The notes below the pieces were generated by a model, which was not told the origin of the DNA, did no database searches, and saw only the letters and a list, made by a program, of their open reading frames with translations. The translations under genes and the position numbers were made by a program. This document shows positions 61,701 through 64,000 of a stretch of DNA of 64,000 nt, piece by piece (within the stretch, counting starts at the first letter, position 1; each line of letters starts with the position of its first letter). Source of the DNA: Hypanus sabinus (lineage: Eukaryota); assembly GCF_030144855.1 (NCBI RefSeq), contig NC_082709.1, forward strand, positions 38,564,001-38,628,000, in the 5' to 3' direction.

Positions 61701-63822
61701 CTCGAAGCCAACCATCAAGCAACATTTATATTAATTCTAATCCCATTTAACTAAGGAAACTGAAGTTGTATTTCACCGCTCTTACCTTGCAATTCATAAT
61801 CTAGCGTATCAGGCCAAAGTACACCTAAACTATATTGATTAATCTTTCAATTCACTGATATTGATAATTCTCCCCTTTAGAGCCTAATCTAAATAGAAAG
61901 CAAAGTTTAAAAGAAAGTTTTCAAAGAAATTATTAGATTTCTTCATTGTTTTTATATTAGAAAGGCAGCCTGATAAAGTTGCTTCTCGAACAATCTCTTA
62001 TTAATATCATGAGTCAAATTTAATCTTTTTTGTATTCATTCATCAAAACTTCTAAAACTAGAGCATTAATCTGTTGAGCACATTAAGTTTGTAAACAGCA
62101 GATTTGAATTGCCGTTCCAAGGCAACCCTCCGCAATTTCTGAGTGTGAGCAGCTTGTACCACCCATCTTAGTTTTCTGAGTGCCTTGACAGACATAGAAT
62201 TTCTGTATAGCTAGTATGTGGCTAGCTCTGAAGAAGCATGTGTTCCAAAAACTTAAATTTTGACTCCATCATTTTTTTTTGACAATTAAGTTTTTTAGGC
62301 TCCTCCAAAACTGTATACACTCAGCTCTATTTTCAAGGGCCTGCTTCATTTGTTAAGGAGACAATTTCTTCTCACAGATAGAAAGAAGCTACTCTCCTAA
62401 TCTCTGTCACCACAAATGCCAAAGCTACCCTCAGTGAGGTACAAGCTTTCTAAAAATGCTGTACTCTTTCTAAATAAGGCTTACCTTAAGATTTATATTT
62501 ATATACTTATGCCATATATTTGCATAGCACCACATTTTTAGACATAAATAACCTCTTCCTATTTGACAGGGAAGAAGTACATGTATAACTGTAGTTGTGA
62601 TTATACTGCTCATATTGGATTGGTATTTTCTAGTGGTATTGAGCATTTGGCAGAAAATTGCAAATAAAAGTTCTTAATTAAACTCGGATCCTGCACATGT
62701 TTTTGGATCCATTCTGAATTTTGTCTGTCCTAGTGCCATTTTTTTTATTTATTCTCAGAATTCGGGCAAAAGTAAGAATCAACTATGCATCCATAGTTGC
62801 TCTGAGAAGAGCTACCTTCCTAACAGATCAGTGCTGTTTAACCTGATTTCTGGGCTCAGTACTTCTGTCATAAATCAGACCCCTAGCAGAGCAGGCTTTA
62901 ACTTGGGCATGTAACATTTTACCTACTTCAGGATGTGAATTTTTAAAATTATTTTGCCAACCATAACTCAAAGCAATCAAAGTGCAATCTGATTAAATTT
63001 TCAGTATGTAATTTCCAGGAAACTAAAGTGAAGTGAATTAATTTTCTAAAATGGACAAAATGTTAATTTCCTCATCAATAAATTAAATAATCTCAAATGG
63101 GAGAGTGTATGACCTTAAAGATGATTTAATATTAATATAGGTACTGATAATGTTAAGGCACTACATTGTTAACTCTAGAAGTAAAATGAAAATTACAAAA
63201 GGTGTAGTATGTCAAGAACACTCATTGGGCACTTTTTTATCACTTATGAGTGAACCCTATGTAGAATAATTTTCTGACTGAATAGAGGATGCAAGAATCA
63301 TGGAAAAAATTTTGAAAGCAGGTAATTGCTATAATGGAGGTTATTTTAGAGTTTAACCAGATGAATTAAAATAGATAAAATCATTTTTCAACTGATAATG
63401 ATTTGATCTTGCAAATTTTATGGTGAAGAACTGGTTGCAGTTTGACAGTTGCAGAATTAAATAGTTTAAAAGAATGAAGGCATTTTTAACTTACAAAATT
63501 ATTTGTCTTTAATGTCATTGAAACTCATGAAGGCAATTTAATTCTAAAACAACAATGCAATATTTCAACCTTATTCACAGGTTTTCTTCACAATTATCAT
63601 TTGAACTGATGTGCTAGAAATGCTATCACCATTCACTATATCTCTTTCTTTGTTACAGATGAAAAGTTAAAAACGGAACGTGAGTTTCCACCCCTTCTTC
63701 TGGGCCCAGGCTTCAAATGTAGACATTTTCAATACAAAACAAATGAATATTTCCATTTGCATGGTGGAATTGAATTTGATATAGGAACTCCTGCAATTGA
63801 TGATATGCCTAGTGCTATAAAG
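55707..63822 (+). CDS. ANKAR: Ankyrin and armadillo repeat-containing protein, 5' part (continues past the window), join(55707..55733,56245..56848,60826..61263,63659..63822)
   Basis: Translated exons match the human ANKAR N-terminus as I recall it (HQILREL, PAYxDTxIGQxLINxDY, KALWHGxYMPKEKR, [16 protein letters not shown], KTERExPP, YFHxHGGIEFD). ANKAR neighbours ASNSD1 in human. Splice phases are compatible. Confidence 0.93.
56245..56848 (+). CDS. ANKAR: ANKAR coding exon
   Basis: tcttgcag| acceptor and G|gtaatt donor in phase 1. Confidence 0.93.
56880..57240 (-). mobile_element. CR1 3' end in an ANKAR intron
   Basis: Reverse-complement similarity to the CR1 tail at about 16330-16640. Confidence 0.75.
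58680..59690 (-). mobile_element. Rex1-like LINE fragment in an ANKAR intron
   Basis: [16 protein letters not shown] and [18 protein letters not shown] remnants. Confidence 0.72.
60826..61263 (+). CDS. ANKAR: ANKAR coding exon
   Basis: aatag|GA completes Gly; [10 protein letters not shown]...LLPPFS; G|gtaaag donor. Confidence 0.93.
63659..63822 (+). CDS. ANKAR: ANKAR coding exon
   Basis: ttacag|AT completes Asp; [11 protein letters not shown]...HGGIEFDIG...SAIK; |gtactt donor. Confidence 0.92.
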
Positions 63823-64000
63823 GTACTTCTGTATAACTGTGTTATCTTTTTTCTAAAGAAAGAAAGCAGTTAGAAGCATATGATTAGGAGAACTTGCACG
63901 TATCAAATTTACCAATACACATATAGTAGGTTCTTTCTGATTTACAAACTCCCAATTTATGTCCAGTCCATACATACAAATGAGCATTTGAGAGATAGAT

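Noticed and set aside
1-64000. Prokaryote-type systems (CRISPR arrays, operons), rRNA and tRNA genes
   Set aside because: None seen. The DNA is intron-containing vertebrate sequence, and the bacterial-looking nucleotidyltransferase has seven spliceosomal introns in its coding region, so it is not contamination.

Overview
Repeat-rich vertebrate genomic DNA, probably from a cartilaginous fish (ray or shark); this is inferred from esterase-type CR1 LINEs, Penelope-like repeats and a V-SINE. Bases 1-28200 are almost entirely nested retroelement and DNA-transposon debris, including a near full-length CR1 and a solo LTR with a 4-bp TSD. I assembled four spliced genes by hand from GT-AG boundaries and reading phase. 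(1) ASDURF is a 79-aa, 4-exon upstream ORF that the ORF track misses. (2) ASNSD1 (624 aa) starts in the exon where ASDURF ends, giving a bicistronic arrangement, with four micro-uORFs in the 41-nt spacer. (3) An intact minus-strand gene with 8 coding exons encodes a 269-aa stand-alone sugar-1-phosphate nucleotidyltransferase-like protein and lies between ASNSD1 and ANKAR. (4) The 5' exons of ANKAR are divergent from gene 3. Also present are a complete but inactivated IR/DR Tc1 transposon and Penelope-like terminal repeats carrying a minimal hammerhead ribozyme motif. Gene identities come from remembered protein sequences and motifs, not from database searches. Repeat boundaries are approximate unless a TSD or TIR is quoted.
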